Source: Vulcanimicrobiota bacterium (GTDB lineage: Bacteria > Vulcanimicrobiota > Vulcanimicrobiia > Vulcanimicrobiales > Vulcanimicrobiaceae). From it: DNA of 64,000 bases. The notes under the pieces were generated by a model. It had not been told where the DNA came from, searched no databases, and saw only the letters and a list, made by a program, of their open reading frames with translations. Made by a program: the position numbers and the translations under genes. The first letter of the stretch is position 1. Each line of letters begins with the position of its first letter. The stretch lies in assembly GCA_963820825.1 (NCBI GenBank), contig CAWGBN010000008.1, positions 162,011-226,010 on the forward strand, written 5' to 3'. This document shows, in pieces, positions 19,856-29,375 of the stretch.

Positions 19856-20596
19856 GTGCCCGCCAATTCCGCGCGTCGCCCGCCGCGCGAAGAGATCGTC
19901 AGCCGCATGCAGATCGCAACGCTGAGCGTCCGCTCGACGCCGGCCCCAACGCCGACGCCGCTTCCGCCCGCACCGGCGCCGCAATGGGTCGCAGCGCTCT
20001 CCAAGGCGGTCGCGAGCCCCGCCGCTGCGAGCCCGTCCCGCGCGCGACCCGCTGCACGCGCCGCGGCGGTCGCGCGCAACTCGGCGCGGCTTACCGCGAC
20101 GAGGCCGATCTGGGATGTCGCAGCCGCGCGCAAGAGTGCCTTCGCGACGGATGCAGGCAACGCGACGACGAGTGCGGGCAACGCCTCCGGCGCCGGCACG
20201 CAAGGTAGCGGCGGCGCAACCGGCGGAGCGCCTCCGTGCGGTTACGTAACGTTCTCCGATCCGCACGGCTCGCATTACGACGCGCGGACGCACGGCTTCT
20301 GGGTCGACATCCGCATGTCGGTGCACTTTGCCGACGGTTCCGCGCAGTCAATGGTACTCGACTATCCGTGGTACTATCCCAGCGAAGCGGCGAACCCGTG
20401 GTCGGATCGCAACCTCAACGATCCGAGGTTTCCAACGCGATTCCAGCCGCCGCCCTCGGAGAAGATCGCCGACGAGCCGCAGCTGGTGAAGTACGTCATG
20501 GAGCACAGCACGCCCGAGGGGACGACGCTCTTGCGCGACTGCCCCGAAGCGCCGCCCACACCGGCGAAGCGGCGCTTACTCTTTAGAGCGCGTTAG
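19856..20596 (+). CDS. hypothetical protein with Pro/Ala-rich linker; true start probably upstream
   Basis: Globular-looking C-terminal domain (GYVTFSDPHGSHYD...DYPWYYPSEAANPW); a TM helix lies in-frame upstream of the first canonical start (see findings). Confidence 0.5.
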   Translation: MPANSARRPPREEIVSRMQIATLSVRSTPAPTPTPLPPAPAPQWVAALSKAVASPAAASPSRARPAARAAAVARNSARLTATRPIWDVAAARKSAFATDAGNATTSAGNASGAGTQGSGGATGGAPPCGYVTFSDPHGSHYDARTHGFWVDIRMSVHFADGSAQSMVLDYPWYYPSEAANPWSDRNLNDPRFPTRFQPPPSEKIADEPQLVKYVMEHSTPEGTTLLRDCPEAPPTPAKRRLLFRAR

Positions 20597-21603
20597 AGTA
20601 CGGTGTCGGGGCTGACGGCGATCGGCCACTCGCCGTAGGTCTTGCTGCTGATTTTGGTCGTCAACGAGGTGCCTTTGGGGTAGCCGAGTGTTTGCACGAT
20701 GAAGCCGCCGCTCACCTCGACGCTGACGTAGACCTGCGTCTCTTTCTTATTGAGGCTGAGGGCGAACGGATAACCGGCGGTTACCGGGATTTCTTTCGAC
20801 GGTTGCGTCTGTCCGGCTTGGAAAACGTCGATGCCGCCGGTGCTCTCGTCGATGATGATGATGTTCCCCGACTTGTCGACTTCCAGCGCACCCGGCGAGC
20901 CGATGTTCAGGTTGAGGTCCGTTCCACTCGTCGATCCGGGCGGATACTTGTAAACGTTGTAGCCTTCCGAAGCGTACAGATTGTCCTGCCCGTCGATCGC
21001 GAGATACTCGGCGAATGCATCGATCGTAAGCGAGGGCGACGTCTTGCCCTTCGGGTACTCCGTGATCGTTTGGTTTCCGACGTTCGCGCAGTACACCGTA
21101 CCTTCGGCGTCGACGGTGAGACCCGTCGGGCTGTTCACGCCGTTGCTGATCGTGATAAAGGGCGAGCCGACGCCGCGCTTGTACGCGGTGATCGTGTTGT
21201 TGCCCAGGTTCGTCGCGTAGACGTTGAGCGACTTATCGACGAAGAGCCGCTCGGGGTTGGAGAGACCCGTGGTGATCTGCCCTTTCTGGGGCGGATCGGT
21301 GCCCTTAGCGGTAAAGACGTCGATGGTGCTAGCGTCGAAGCTGCCCCAGTAGATCAGGGTCTTTTTCTTCTTCTTCCGCTTTGCATCCGGCGCCATCCAG
21401 CCCGGCGACGCAGCCCTGTGGCTGGAGACCGCGCCGAAGCCGCGCGAGTGCATTTCGTTCAGGCCCGTTTTTGCGGCGGGAGACGCGCCGAGTTGAGCCG
21501 TGCTCGATGATGTGGTGGAGTTCGTGGAACAGCCGGCGAGCGCTGCCCCGAGCAGCACGGCGCAGTTAAGGCGGCGCACGCGCGACGTGAGGTGGTCAGG
21601 CAA
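20593..21603 (-). CDS. NHL/beta-propeller repeat lipoprotein
   Basis: Lipobox LAGC; repeats of the type SPTGLTVDAEGTVYCANVGNQTITEY. Confidence 0.6.
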   Translation of the reverse strand: MPDHLTSRVRRLNCAVLLGAALAGCSTNSTTSSSTAQLGASPAAKTGLNEMHSRGFGAVSSHRAASPGWMAPDAKRKKKKKTLIYWGSFDASTIDVFTAKGTDPPQKGQITTGLSNPERLFVDKSLNVYATNLGNNTITAYKRGVGSPFITISNGVNSPTGLTVDAEGTVYCANVGNQTITEYPKGKTSPSLTIDAFAEYLAIDGQDNLYASEGYNVYKYPPGSTSGTDLNLNIGSPGALEVDKSGNIIIIDESTGGIDVFQAGQTQPSKEIPVTAGYPFALSLNKKETQVYVSVEVSGGFIVQTLGYPKGTSLTTKISSKTYGEWPIAVSPDTVL

Positions 21604-21701
21604 GGTAGACTCCTTTTGATAGCGTGTGTTGGCGGGGAAAACGCTACTCTACTACCACGCTGCGTTCCAACTGCCTTGCCGAGTAAGCCGACGGCGGGCG
21701 G

Positions 21702-22586
21702 CTAAACCTTCAGCTCTACCTTTTCGAGCGCACCCTTCGTGGAAACGACGTGGTGGTTGAGGCGCAACTGATCCGGCTCGAAACCGAACGCCAAGCCCAA
21801 GAGCTGCGGCAGATGGAAGATCGGCACGCCGATATCTTTCTTGAGCACGCGTGCCGCGTCGGGCTGCTGTCCGTCGAGATTGAGGTGACAGAGCGGGCAC
21901 GGCGTCACGAGCAGATCCGCGCCCTTCTCCTTGGCCTCGATGATGTGATTGCCGCCCATCGCCAGCGCCTTGTCGCGATTGAAGGTGAGCATCGGAAATC
22001 CGCAGCACTTGGTCGCGCCGCGATACTCGACCGCCTCGGCTCCCAGCAGCTCGATGAGCCGGTTGAGATACGTCTTCCGTTCCGGGCGCTCGCGCAGCCC
22101 GAGCGCTTCGCTCGGTCGCAGAATGTAGCAGCCGTAGAACGGTGCGATCTTCAATCCGGTCAGCTTGCGCTTGATCGCGGCGGCGACCCGGTCGATCCCG
22201 ATATCTTCGAAGAGCATCCAGAGCAGATGCTTGACCGTCGCTTTGCCTTCGTAACGGAACCCTTGGTCGGCGATCGTCGCGTTCGCCTTCTCGCGCCGCG
22301 CCTCGTCCTTCTTGAGGTGGTAATTATGATCGGAGAGCACCCCCTGGCAGGTGCTGCAGATCGTCATAAGATCGGCGCCTTCGGCCTCGGCCATCGCCAG
22401 CGTCAACCCGTTGAGCGCGTCGGCGAGTTCGCGATTCTGCTCGCTCAGGACGCCGGCGCCGGTGCACGGTGCCGACTGGAGTTCGTGCAGCTCGAGGCCG
22501 AGCGGCTCGGCGATCAGTTTTGCCGAAATGTAAAGCTCCGGACAGGCGCCCTTCGAGACGCAGCCGGGATAGAACGCAACCTTCAC
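21702..22586 (-). CDS. succinate dehydrogenase/fumarate reductase CCG-domain subunit (HdrB-like, SdhE-type)
   Basis: Two Cys-rich CCG motifs (FYPGC...C..CTGAG; FYGCY...ATKCCGFP); 4-nt overlap with sdhB. Confidence 0.8.
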   Translation of the reverse strand: MKVAFYPGCVSKGACPELYISAKLIAEPLGLELHELQSAPCTGAGVLSEQNRELADALNGLTLAMAEAEGADLMTICSTCQGVLSDHNYHLKKDEARREKANATIADQGFRYEGKATVKHLLWMLFEDIGIDRVAAAIKRKLTGLKIAPFYGCYILRPSEALGLRERPERKTYLNRLIELLGAEAVEYRGATKCCGFPMLTFNRDKALAMGGNHIIEAKEKGADLLVTPCPLCHLNLDGQQPDAARVLKKDIGVPIFHLPQLLGLAFGFEPDQLRLNHHVVSTKGALEKVELKV

Positions 22587-23590
22587 TTGAACCGTCCTCC
22601 GACGCGCTCGAAAATTTTCCTGATGCGATTGACCCCTGGTATGGCTTTATGGATTAGCGGCGGCAACTTGCCGGCGCGCGCCATGTTGATCGCGCTCGGC
22701 AACGTCTTGAGCTGTCCGACGATGTTGAAGAGTCCGGTCGACTTCGGCATCAGCGTGAGTTCGTTGAGCCGCCCGCTATGCTTGACCGACTCGGCGAACG
22801 CATCGGCGTGACGCGTTCCGGCATTGTGCGTGTAACCGGCGTCGACCGCCATCTTCCGCAGCTTGAGAATCTGCTCGAGCGGGGCGACGCCTTTGGGACA
22901 CTGCGTCACGCACTCGAAACAGTGGGTGCAGTCCCAAATTCCACCCGGCTTGCTGAGTTCGCCCAGACGCTCTTTCGTCTTGTCATCGCGCGGGTCGCCG
23001 ACGTAGCGATAGGCCTGCGCGAGCGCCTGCGGTCCAAGGAACTCCGGATTAACCGCGAACGACTCGCAGTCCATCAAGCACGCGCTGCAGCTGATGCAGC
23101 TCACCTCTTGAATGAGCTCTTCCATCGAGGCATTGGGAACGCGATACTCTTGGTCGGGCGGCGGAACCGGCTTGTTCTCCAGCCAGGGCTTGACCGCTAA
23201 GTGTTTATCCCAAAACGGTTTCATGTCGCAGACGAGATCGCGGATGATCGGCATCGAGGGTGGCGATTCGACGCGCGTCTTGCCCTCTTGGGTGAAGGCG
23301 GCGAGCTTGCTCTTGCACGCGAGGTTGGCGTGTCCGTTGATCCACATCGCGCACGAGCCGCAGATCGCGCTGCGGCAGGCGCAGCGGACGGCAAGCGACG
23401 GATCCTGGTACTCGCGGATCGCGATGAGCGCATCGAGGACGACCGCATGCTCGGGAAGCTCGACCGTGTAGGTCTGATACCGGCGCACCGGCGACGCATT
23501 CCACGGTGCAGGAAACGGCTGGCCCGGCTGGGCCGCGTCGGCGTAGCTGCCCTCGGGATTGTACCGTCCGACTTCGATCGTAAACTGCAT
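22583..23590 (-). CDS. sdhB: succinate dehydrogenase/fumarate reductase iron-sulfur subunit with C-terminal extension
   Basis: Start ATG 23590 (MQFTIEVGRYNPE); clusters CRSAICGSCAMWINGH, CISCSACLMDC, CTHCFECVTQCP. Confidence 0.85.
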   Translation of the reverse strand: MQFTIEVGRYNPEGSYADAAQPGQPFPAPWNASPVRRYQTYTVELPEHAVVLDALIAIREYQDPSLAVRCACRSAICGSCAMWINGHANLACKSKLAAFTQEGKTRVESPPSMPIIRDLVCDMKPFWDKHLAVKPWLENKPVPPPDQEYRVPNASMEELIQEVSCISCSACLMDCESFAVNPEFLGPQALAQAYRYVGDPRDDKTKERLGELSKPGGIWDCTHCFECVTQCPKGVAPLEQILKLRKMAVDAGYTHNAGTRHADAFAESVKHSGRLNELTLMPKSTGLFNIVGQLKTLPSAINMARAGKLPPLIHKAIPGVNRIRKIFERVGGRFK

Positions 23591-25272
23591 TAGTAGGTGC
23601 GTACCTCGGGCTTCCAGCGAGTAATCGTCACGGGAACGTGCGAGATCTCGGGCTCCTCGCCGTCGCGGCGCAGCGTAAGCAGCGTATGCTTGAGCCAATC
23701 GCGATCGTTGCGCTCGGGATAATCGACGTGCGTGTGGGCGCCGCGGCTCTCTTTTCGCACGATCGCGTCGCGAATGATCGTCTCGCCGCAGTCGAGCAGA
23801 AAGCCAAGCTCGAGGACGAAGGTCAGAGCCTGATTGAAGACGCGCCCCTTATCGCCGACGGCGACGTTCTCGTAGCGTTTGCGGAAACCATGAAGCGCTT
23901 CCAGCGCCTCGTGCAAGCCGGTATCGCTGCGATAGAGACCGACCTTCTGATCCATCATCGTCGCCAGCTCGAGCCGCAGCCCCGCACAGGTCTCTCCGGT
24001 GTACGGCCGCGCGAGCAGATCCTCCAGGCGCTTCTGCTCCGACCGCAGCAGCTCTTCGCCGCCGGTGCTAGGCTGCACGCCTTTGGCGTAGCCGGCCGAT
24101 GCGAGTCCCGAACGCCGGCCGAAGATGATCGTGTCGAGCAGCGAGTTCGCACCGAGGCGATTCCCGCCGTGGACGCTGACGCAGGCAACTTCGCCGGCCG
24201 CATAGAGTCCCGCAATGAGCGTCGCACCCTCGACGTCGGTCTTGATGCCGCCCATCTGATAATGCATTCCCGGGCGAACGGGAACCGGATCCTTGATCAT
24301 GTCGATGCCGAGATAATCGAGCGCCATTTCGTGAATCTGCGGCAGCTTCTTGAGGATGACGTCGGGACCGAGATGGCGCAGGTCGAGCAGCACGTTGCCG
24401 TCAATGCCGCGCCCTTCGGCGATCTCGGTCGCTTCTGCGCGCGAAGTCACGTCGCGTGCCGCCAGCTCCATTTTGTTCGGCGCGTACTTCTTCATGAAGC
24501 GCTCGCCGAGCGAGTTCAGGAGGTAGGCGCCCTCGCCGCGGGCCGCTTCGGTCATCAAAAAGCCGCTGCCGGCGAGCGTCGTCGGATGGTACTGCACCAT
24601 CGACATGTCCATCAACGGCGCGCCGGCGCGATAGGCAAGCGAATAGCCGTCGCCGGTGCAGATCAAGGCGTTGGTGCTCGGCTCGTAGAGGCGTCCCAAG
24701 CCGCCGCTGGCAACGACGACTGCCTTGGCGCGCAGCAGGTGCAGCCCGCCGCTGACCATCTCGAGTGCGACGACGCCGCGACAAGCACCGCCGTCCATGA
24801 AGAGGTTGGTAGCGAACCACTCTTCGTAGACCTTGACGCCGGCCTTCAGAATTTGGTCGTAGAGCGTAACGAGCAGCGCCTGGCCGGTAATGTCTCCGAC
24901 GAAATACGTCCGGGCCAGCGAGGCGCCCCCGAAGGCGCGCGTGCCGAGCTTACCGTCTTCGTTCCGATAGAAGATGACGCCCATGTGCTCGAACTCGATG
25001 ATGTCCTGGGGTGCTTCCCGGCACATCACCTCGACGGCGTCTTGATCGGCGAGATAATCGCTGCCCTTGATGGTATCGAAGGCATGCGATTCCCAGCTAT
25101 CGAGCTCGCCGATGGCGGCGTTGATGCCGCCTTGCGCCGCGCTCGAATGGCTACGAATAGGATGAACCTTGGTGACGATGGCCACGTCCGCGCCGGCGCG
25201 GGCCGCTTCGAGGGCCGCACGCATACCGGCCAGACCGGCACCTAATACTATGACGTCGTGATCGGCAATCAC
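23590..25272 (-). CDS. sdhA: succinate dehydrogenase/fumarate reductase flavoprotein subunit
   Basis: Start set to GTG 25272 (IADHDVIVLGAGLAGMRAA dinucleotide fold); covalent-FAD His region RSHSSAAQGG. Confidence 0.9.
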   Translation of the reverse strand: MIADHDVIVLGAGLAGMRAALEAARAGADVAIVTKVHPIRSHSSAAQGGINAAIGELDSWESHAFDTIKGSDYLADQDAVEVMCREAPQDIIEFEHMGVIFYRNEDGKLGTRAFGGASLARTYFVGDITGQALLVTLYDQILKAGVKVYEEWFATNLFMDGGACRGVVALEMVSGGLHLLRAKAVVVASGGLGRLYEPSTNALICTGDGYSLAYRAGAPLMDMSMVQYHPTTLAGSGFLMTEAARGEGAYLLNSLGERFMKKYAPNKMELAARDVTSRAEATEIAEGRGIDGNVLLDLRHLGPDVILKKLPQIHEMALDYLGIDMIKDPVPVRPGMHYQMGGIKTDVEGATLIAGLYAAGEVACVSVHGGNRLGANSLLDTIIFGRRSGLASAGYAKGVQPSTGGEELLRSEQKRLEDLLARPYTGETCAGLRLELATMMDQKVGLYRSDTGLHEALEALHGFRKRYENVAVGDKGRVFNQALTFVLELGFLLDCGETIIRDAIVRKESRGAHTHVDYPERNDRDWLKHTLLTLRRDGEEPEISHVPVTITRWKPEVRTY

Positions 25273-25502
25273 CAGCCGGTAGTTTCCCGAAAAGAGGCGG
25301 CCCCATTCCGAACGCTTGTTCGGCCGGATAGGTAAGCCGGAATAGGTTGGATCATCTGGTAAAGAGGATACCGGCCGGCCCGCGAGGCCGATATGCGTTT
25401 CGTAGCGACCAGCAAAGGTAGGTGTTCGCCGTGTGTACGTGCCGTTCTCATCGTTGCTCCTCGCTCTTCGGGTTACCGCTCGCTGGGAGCGTGCATGCGT
25501 GC

Positions 25503-27554
25503 ATGGCCGGCGATCTGCCAATGCCGCGCCGCAGTTGGCTCTCCGCGGTCGGCTCGGCCGCCGCAGTAGCCTGGGCGTCGCCGGCATTTGCCGCCGCCAA
25601 GCTCTATGGCAGCGCGGTCGAGTACGACTTCGTTTCGTCAGGCATCGTCAAGGGCTCGCAAACGACGGTACGCCTGCCCGACGGCTCGCTTTACGTGCGC
25701 TTCGAGTACGTCGATCGAGGGCGCGGACCGAAGGTGCGCAGCACGATCGCGCTCGACGACGCCGGCCTGATTCGAACGCTGCAAACGAGCGGATACAACT
25801 ACCTCAAAGTTCCGGTGAACGAACGCTTCATCGCGCGCCACGAAACGGCCACCTGGAAGAACTCCGCCGAGCGAGAGACGCAGGCGTATTCGGCGCCGCG
25901 CTTTTACGTGAGCATGGACGGAACGCCGGAGGAAGGCGCGATCCTCGTGCGGGCGGCGCTGCGCGCGCCGCACGGCTCGCTCGATCTTTGGCCGAGCGGC
26001 ACCACGAAGGTCGCTGCAATCAAGACGCTCACCGTTCGCGGCGGCACCTCGAGCCGGCGCGTGACGATGTACGAGGCGACGGGTCTCGATTTTACGCCGG
26101 TGCGGATCTGGCTCGACGAGAACGGCCAACTCTTCGCCTCCGGCGCCATCTGGGGCGCGGTCGTGCAGCGAGGATGGAGCTCGGTGCTGCCTCAGCTCTT
26201 CGACGCGCAGAACCTACGCGTCACCGAGCTTGGCCGCGAGGTTGCGCGATCGCTGCCGCAGCGCAGCGCAACGGCGATCGCGATCGCCAACGTCTCGCTC
26301 TTCGACTCGGAGGCCGGTGCCGTCGTTCCGAACGCGACGGTCGTTTTCGGCGGCGAGCGCGTGGTCGCGGTCGGCGGATCGGAGATGACGGTTCCAAGCG
26401 ACGCGCGCCGGATCGACGGCAGCGGTAAGATGCTGCTGCCCGGGCTGTGGAACATGCACATGCACCTCTTTGCCGATTTCGGTCCGCGACTGCTTGCTGA
26501 GGGCGTTACCACGATTCGCGATCCCGGAAACTCACCCGAGTATATCGCCAAGACGAAGGCGCAGTTCGAGAGCGGTGAGCTGGTCGGGCCGCGGGTGATC
26601 ATCGCCGGGCTGATGGACGGCACGGGAAAGTATACCGCCCCGATCGGCACGACGACCGCGACTCCGGACGAAGCGATCGCGCAGGTGCGCATGTGGAAGC
26701 AACTCGGCGCGGTGCAAATCAAGATCTATAGCTCGATGGATCCGAAGCTCGTGCCGGTCATCGTGAAAGAGGCGCACGCGCAAGGAATGCGCGTAAGCGG
26801 CCACATTCCCAGCGGAATGCTCGCGCAGGACGCGGTCCGCGAGGGGTTCGACGAGATCCAGCACGTGAACTTTCTCTTCCTGAACTTCATGCCGGATACG
26901 GAGAGTCTCACCCAGACGCCCGTCCGGTTGACGGCGACGGCGCAGCGCGCCGGGACGATCGATTTGCAGAGCCAGGCAGTCAAAGAGTTCCTCGCGCTGC
27001 TCAAGGCCAAAGAGATCGTCAGCGATCCGACCGTCGGCATCTTCTACACCGACACGATGACCCGGACGGGAGATATCGCGTCAACGGGCTTCGCCGAAAT
27101 CGCCGATTGGCTGCCGCCGCAGGTGCGTCGAACGCTCACTACCGGCGGCCTTCCGCTCGGCCCGGGGCTCGACGCGAAATATCGCGCCTCCGCGCAGGCC
27201 TATCTCGACATGGTCATGCTGCTGCATACCAACGGTATTCGCATCGTCGCCGGAACGGACGACATTCTACCGGGTTTCGACCTCATCCACGAGTTGGAGC
27301 TCTACGCGCAAGCCGGCATTCCGGCAGGCGACGTGCTGCAAAGCGCCACGATCGTGCCGGCGCGGGTGATGCAGATGGACGAATCGCTCGGTTCGCTGAA
27401 AGCCGGCAAGCTCGCCGACGCGATTTTGGTAAACGGCAATCCGATCGCTTCGATCGCGCAGCTGCGCAACGTCGAAACGACCTTCAAGGGCGGCGTGATG
27501 TACGACACTCGCGCGCTGTACGCCAGCGCCGGCGTTACCGCGCCGCCCGCGTGA
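25503..27554 (+). CDS. two-domain secreted amidohydrolase family protein
   Basis: Start ATG 25503 (RRSWLSAVGSAAAVAWASPAFA leader); C-terminal domain with WNMHMHLF and GTDD metal ligands. Confidence 0.75.
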   Translation: MAGDLPMPRRSWLSAVGSAAAVAWASPAFAAAKLYGSAVEYDFVSSGIVKGSQTTVRLPDGSLYVRFEYVDRGRGPKVRSTIALDDAGLIRTLQTSGYNYLKVPVNERFIARHETATWKNSAERETQAYSAPRFYVSMDGTPEEGAILVRAALRAPHGSLDLWPSGTTKVAAIKTLTVRGGTSSRRVTMYEATGLDFTPVRIWLDENGQLFASGAIWGAVVQRGWSSVLPQLFDAQNLRVTELGREVARSLPQRSATAIAIANVSLFDSEAGAVVPNATVVFGGERVVAVGGSEMTVPSDARRIDGSGKMLLPGLWNMHMHLFADFGPRLLAEGVTTIRDPGNSPEYIAKTKAQFESGELVGPRVIIAGLMDGTGKYTAPIGTTTATPDEAIAQVRMWKQLGAVQIKIYSSMDPKLVPVIVKEAHAQGMRVSGHIPSGMLAQDAVREGFDEIQHVNFLFLNFMPDTESLTQTPVRLTATAQRAGTIDLQSQAVKEFLALLKAKEIVSDPTVGIFYTDTMTRTGDIASTGFAEIADWLPPQVRRTLTTGGLPLGPGLDAKYRASAQAYLDMVMLLHTNGIRIVAGTDDILPGFDLIHELELYAQAGIPAGDVLQSATIVPARVMQMDESLGSLKAGKLADAILVNGNPIASIAQLRNVETTFKGGVMYDTRALYASAGVTAPPA

Positions 27555-27564
27555 AGGTTAGCAG

Positions 27565-28056
27565 GTGAAACGAGTGTGGCTCGCGTGCATCCTCGCGGCC
27601 GCCGCGGTTGCAACGGCCGATGGGCAGACCCCGAGCGAAATGGCGGCAATGCAGTACTTCGTCGGTACGTGGGCGTGCGTCGCCGGACCGGTCGGGATGG
27701 CCCCGTACGCGGCGACGGCTACGTTCGCAATCGATTCCGGCATCATGCGCGAATCGGACGTCGTTCAGATTCCGCACCGGGCCGCGCCGTATACCGTAAG
27801 CAAGTCGATCTCGTACGACGCGAAGAACGTCCGCTGGGTCCAAACACAGCTCGACGACGAAGGCGCCTGGAGCGTGTCGTATTTGAAGCCTTGGACCGGG
27901 AAGAACGAGGAGTGGTTGGACCAGTCGAGTTCCGACGGTCGGCTCGGGCGAAACGAGACCGTTCGCACCGGCGCGAACGACTTTGCCTTTTACGGCTATG
28001 CCGCTCCCGCCGACACCAAACCGGACTTCGCGGGGAAGTGCACGCGCTCCACGTAA
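27565..28056 (+). CDS. hypothetical secreted protein
   Basis: Signal peptide MKRVWLACILAAAAVATADG; no family recognised with confidence. Confidence 0.5.
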   Translation: MKRVWLACILAAAAVATADGQTPSEMAAMQYFVGTWACVAGPVGMAPYAATATFAIDSGIMRESDVVQIPHRAAPYTVSKSISYDAKNVRWVQTQLDDEGAWSVSYLKPWTGKNEEWLDQSSSDGRLGRNETVRTGANDFAFYGYAAPADTKPDFAGKCTRST

Positions 28057-28122
28057 GCGACGTCTAGTCGTCCGGCGTCTTCGTCGCAGTAGGCCTCCGC
28101 AATCACCGCTTCAGGAGGCTTC

Positions 28123-29361
28123 ATGCTGCAGAACGTCACCGTCACCCCATCTCGCCGGTCGCTCGAGTTCGGCATCTACCGCGACGGCGACAACAATCTC
28201 GACCGAATTCAGGAGTCGACGCTAACGCAGGCGCTTCGGACGAGTGCGCGCGACGGGCGAATCGAGTTCACCGTCGAGGATACCACCCATCTTCGCGCCG
28301 GCGACGATTGGATCGCTTCGGGCAAGCTCCACACCGAACGATACACCATTGCGGGCGGCGACGTCGCACACGTGCGCGTCGACAAGGCACACGATATGAG
28401 CGACGAGGAGAACTTAGCGCGTTTCGTTGCGAGCACGCTCGACAACGCGGAATCGAACGGTGCGCGGCAGACGTGGATCGATCTCGTCGATCACGGCGGC
28501 GGCGACGGCGGCGGCCTCGAAACCGGAGACGGCGACGTGATGCCGATGCCGGAGATCGCTCGCGCAATCGCCGACGGCATTGCACTTCATACCCGCGCGC
28601 ATCCCGAAGATCGAGAGCGCGGCGTCGACGGCGTGGTTGCCAACCAATGCTTGATGGATACCATGGGCTTCGCCGACGCGCTCTCGCGCGTCGGGGTGCA
28701 CTATCTCGCCGCGAGCCCCGAGACGATGCTGGCGCCCGGCGTCCCGAGCGGCGTCGCCCACGCGATTGCATCGCACGAAAACGATCCCCGCGCGATGGCG
28801 AAGGCCGTCGTCGGAGAGGTGATGCGCACGAAATACGACGCCGGCGACTTCGGAGGATTCGGTCCCGCGGCCGCCTTCGACGTGCTCGACCTCGATTCGC
28901 AGAAGATTCAGCACGCCGAAGCGACGATCAAGGCCCTAAACGACGACGTAGCGAGCGAAGCCGCCAACGCGGGCATTCGCCGTGCCGTGCGGGAAGATGC
29001 CCGCGCGATCGACGGCATGATCCGCTTTCCGCAAGGTTCGAAGGACATGCCGTGGCATGCCGACCGTCCGGCAATCGCGTTCTACGACACGCTCGCCGGC
29101 GACGGGCGCCTCGACGACCGCCTCCGCAACGACGCCGGCGCTTCGCGCGACGCCGTGCGCGATCTCGTCCTCGCGCATCGCGAGAGTGCCTCGTTCGGAC
29201 CCTTCGGCGGCGCCGATTACTCCGATGCGGCCGGGCCGACGATCCATCTTCCGACGTCCCGTGGCCAAATCGATCCGTGGGCCGCTGACGGCGTCAAAGA
29301 GACCGACAACGATTTCTATCGCAACGTCGACGAAGCGAAGATGACGCACGTCTTGGCGTAG
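28123..29361 (+). CDS. clostripain-like (peptidase C11 family) protein
   Basis: YRDGDNNLD, DLVDHGGG (His-Gly) and ANQCLMDT (catalytic Cys context) resemble the C11 His/Cys dyad; no signal peptide seen. Confidence 0.55.
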   Translation: MLQNVTVTPSRRSLEFGIYRDGDNNLDRIQESTLTQALRTSARDGRIEFTVEDTTHLRAGDDWIASGKLHTERYTIAGGDVAHVRVDKAHDMSDEENLARFVASTLDNAESNGARQTWIDLVDHGGGDGGGLETGDGDVMPMPEIARAIADGIALHTRAHPEDRERGVDGVVANQCLMDTMGFADALSRVGVHYLAASPETMLAPGVPSGVAHAIASHENDPRAMAKAVVGEVMRTKYDAGDFGGFGPAAAFDVLDLDSQKIQHAEATIKALNDDVASEAANAGIRRAVREDARAIDGMIRFPQGSKDMPWHADRPAIAFYDTLAGDGRLDDRLRNDAGASRDAVRDLVLAHRESASFGPFGGADYSDAAGPTIHLPTSRGQIDPWAADGVKETDNDFYRNVDEAKMTHVLA

Positions 29362-29375
29362 TTCCGCAGCGCGGG

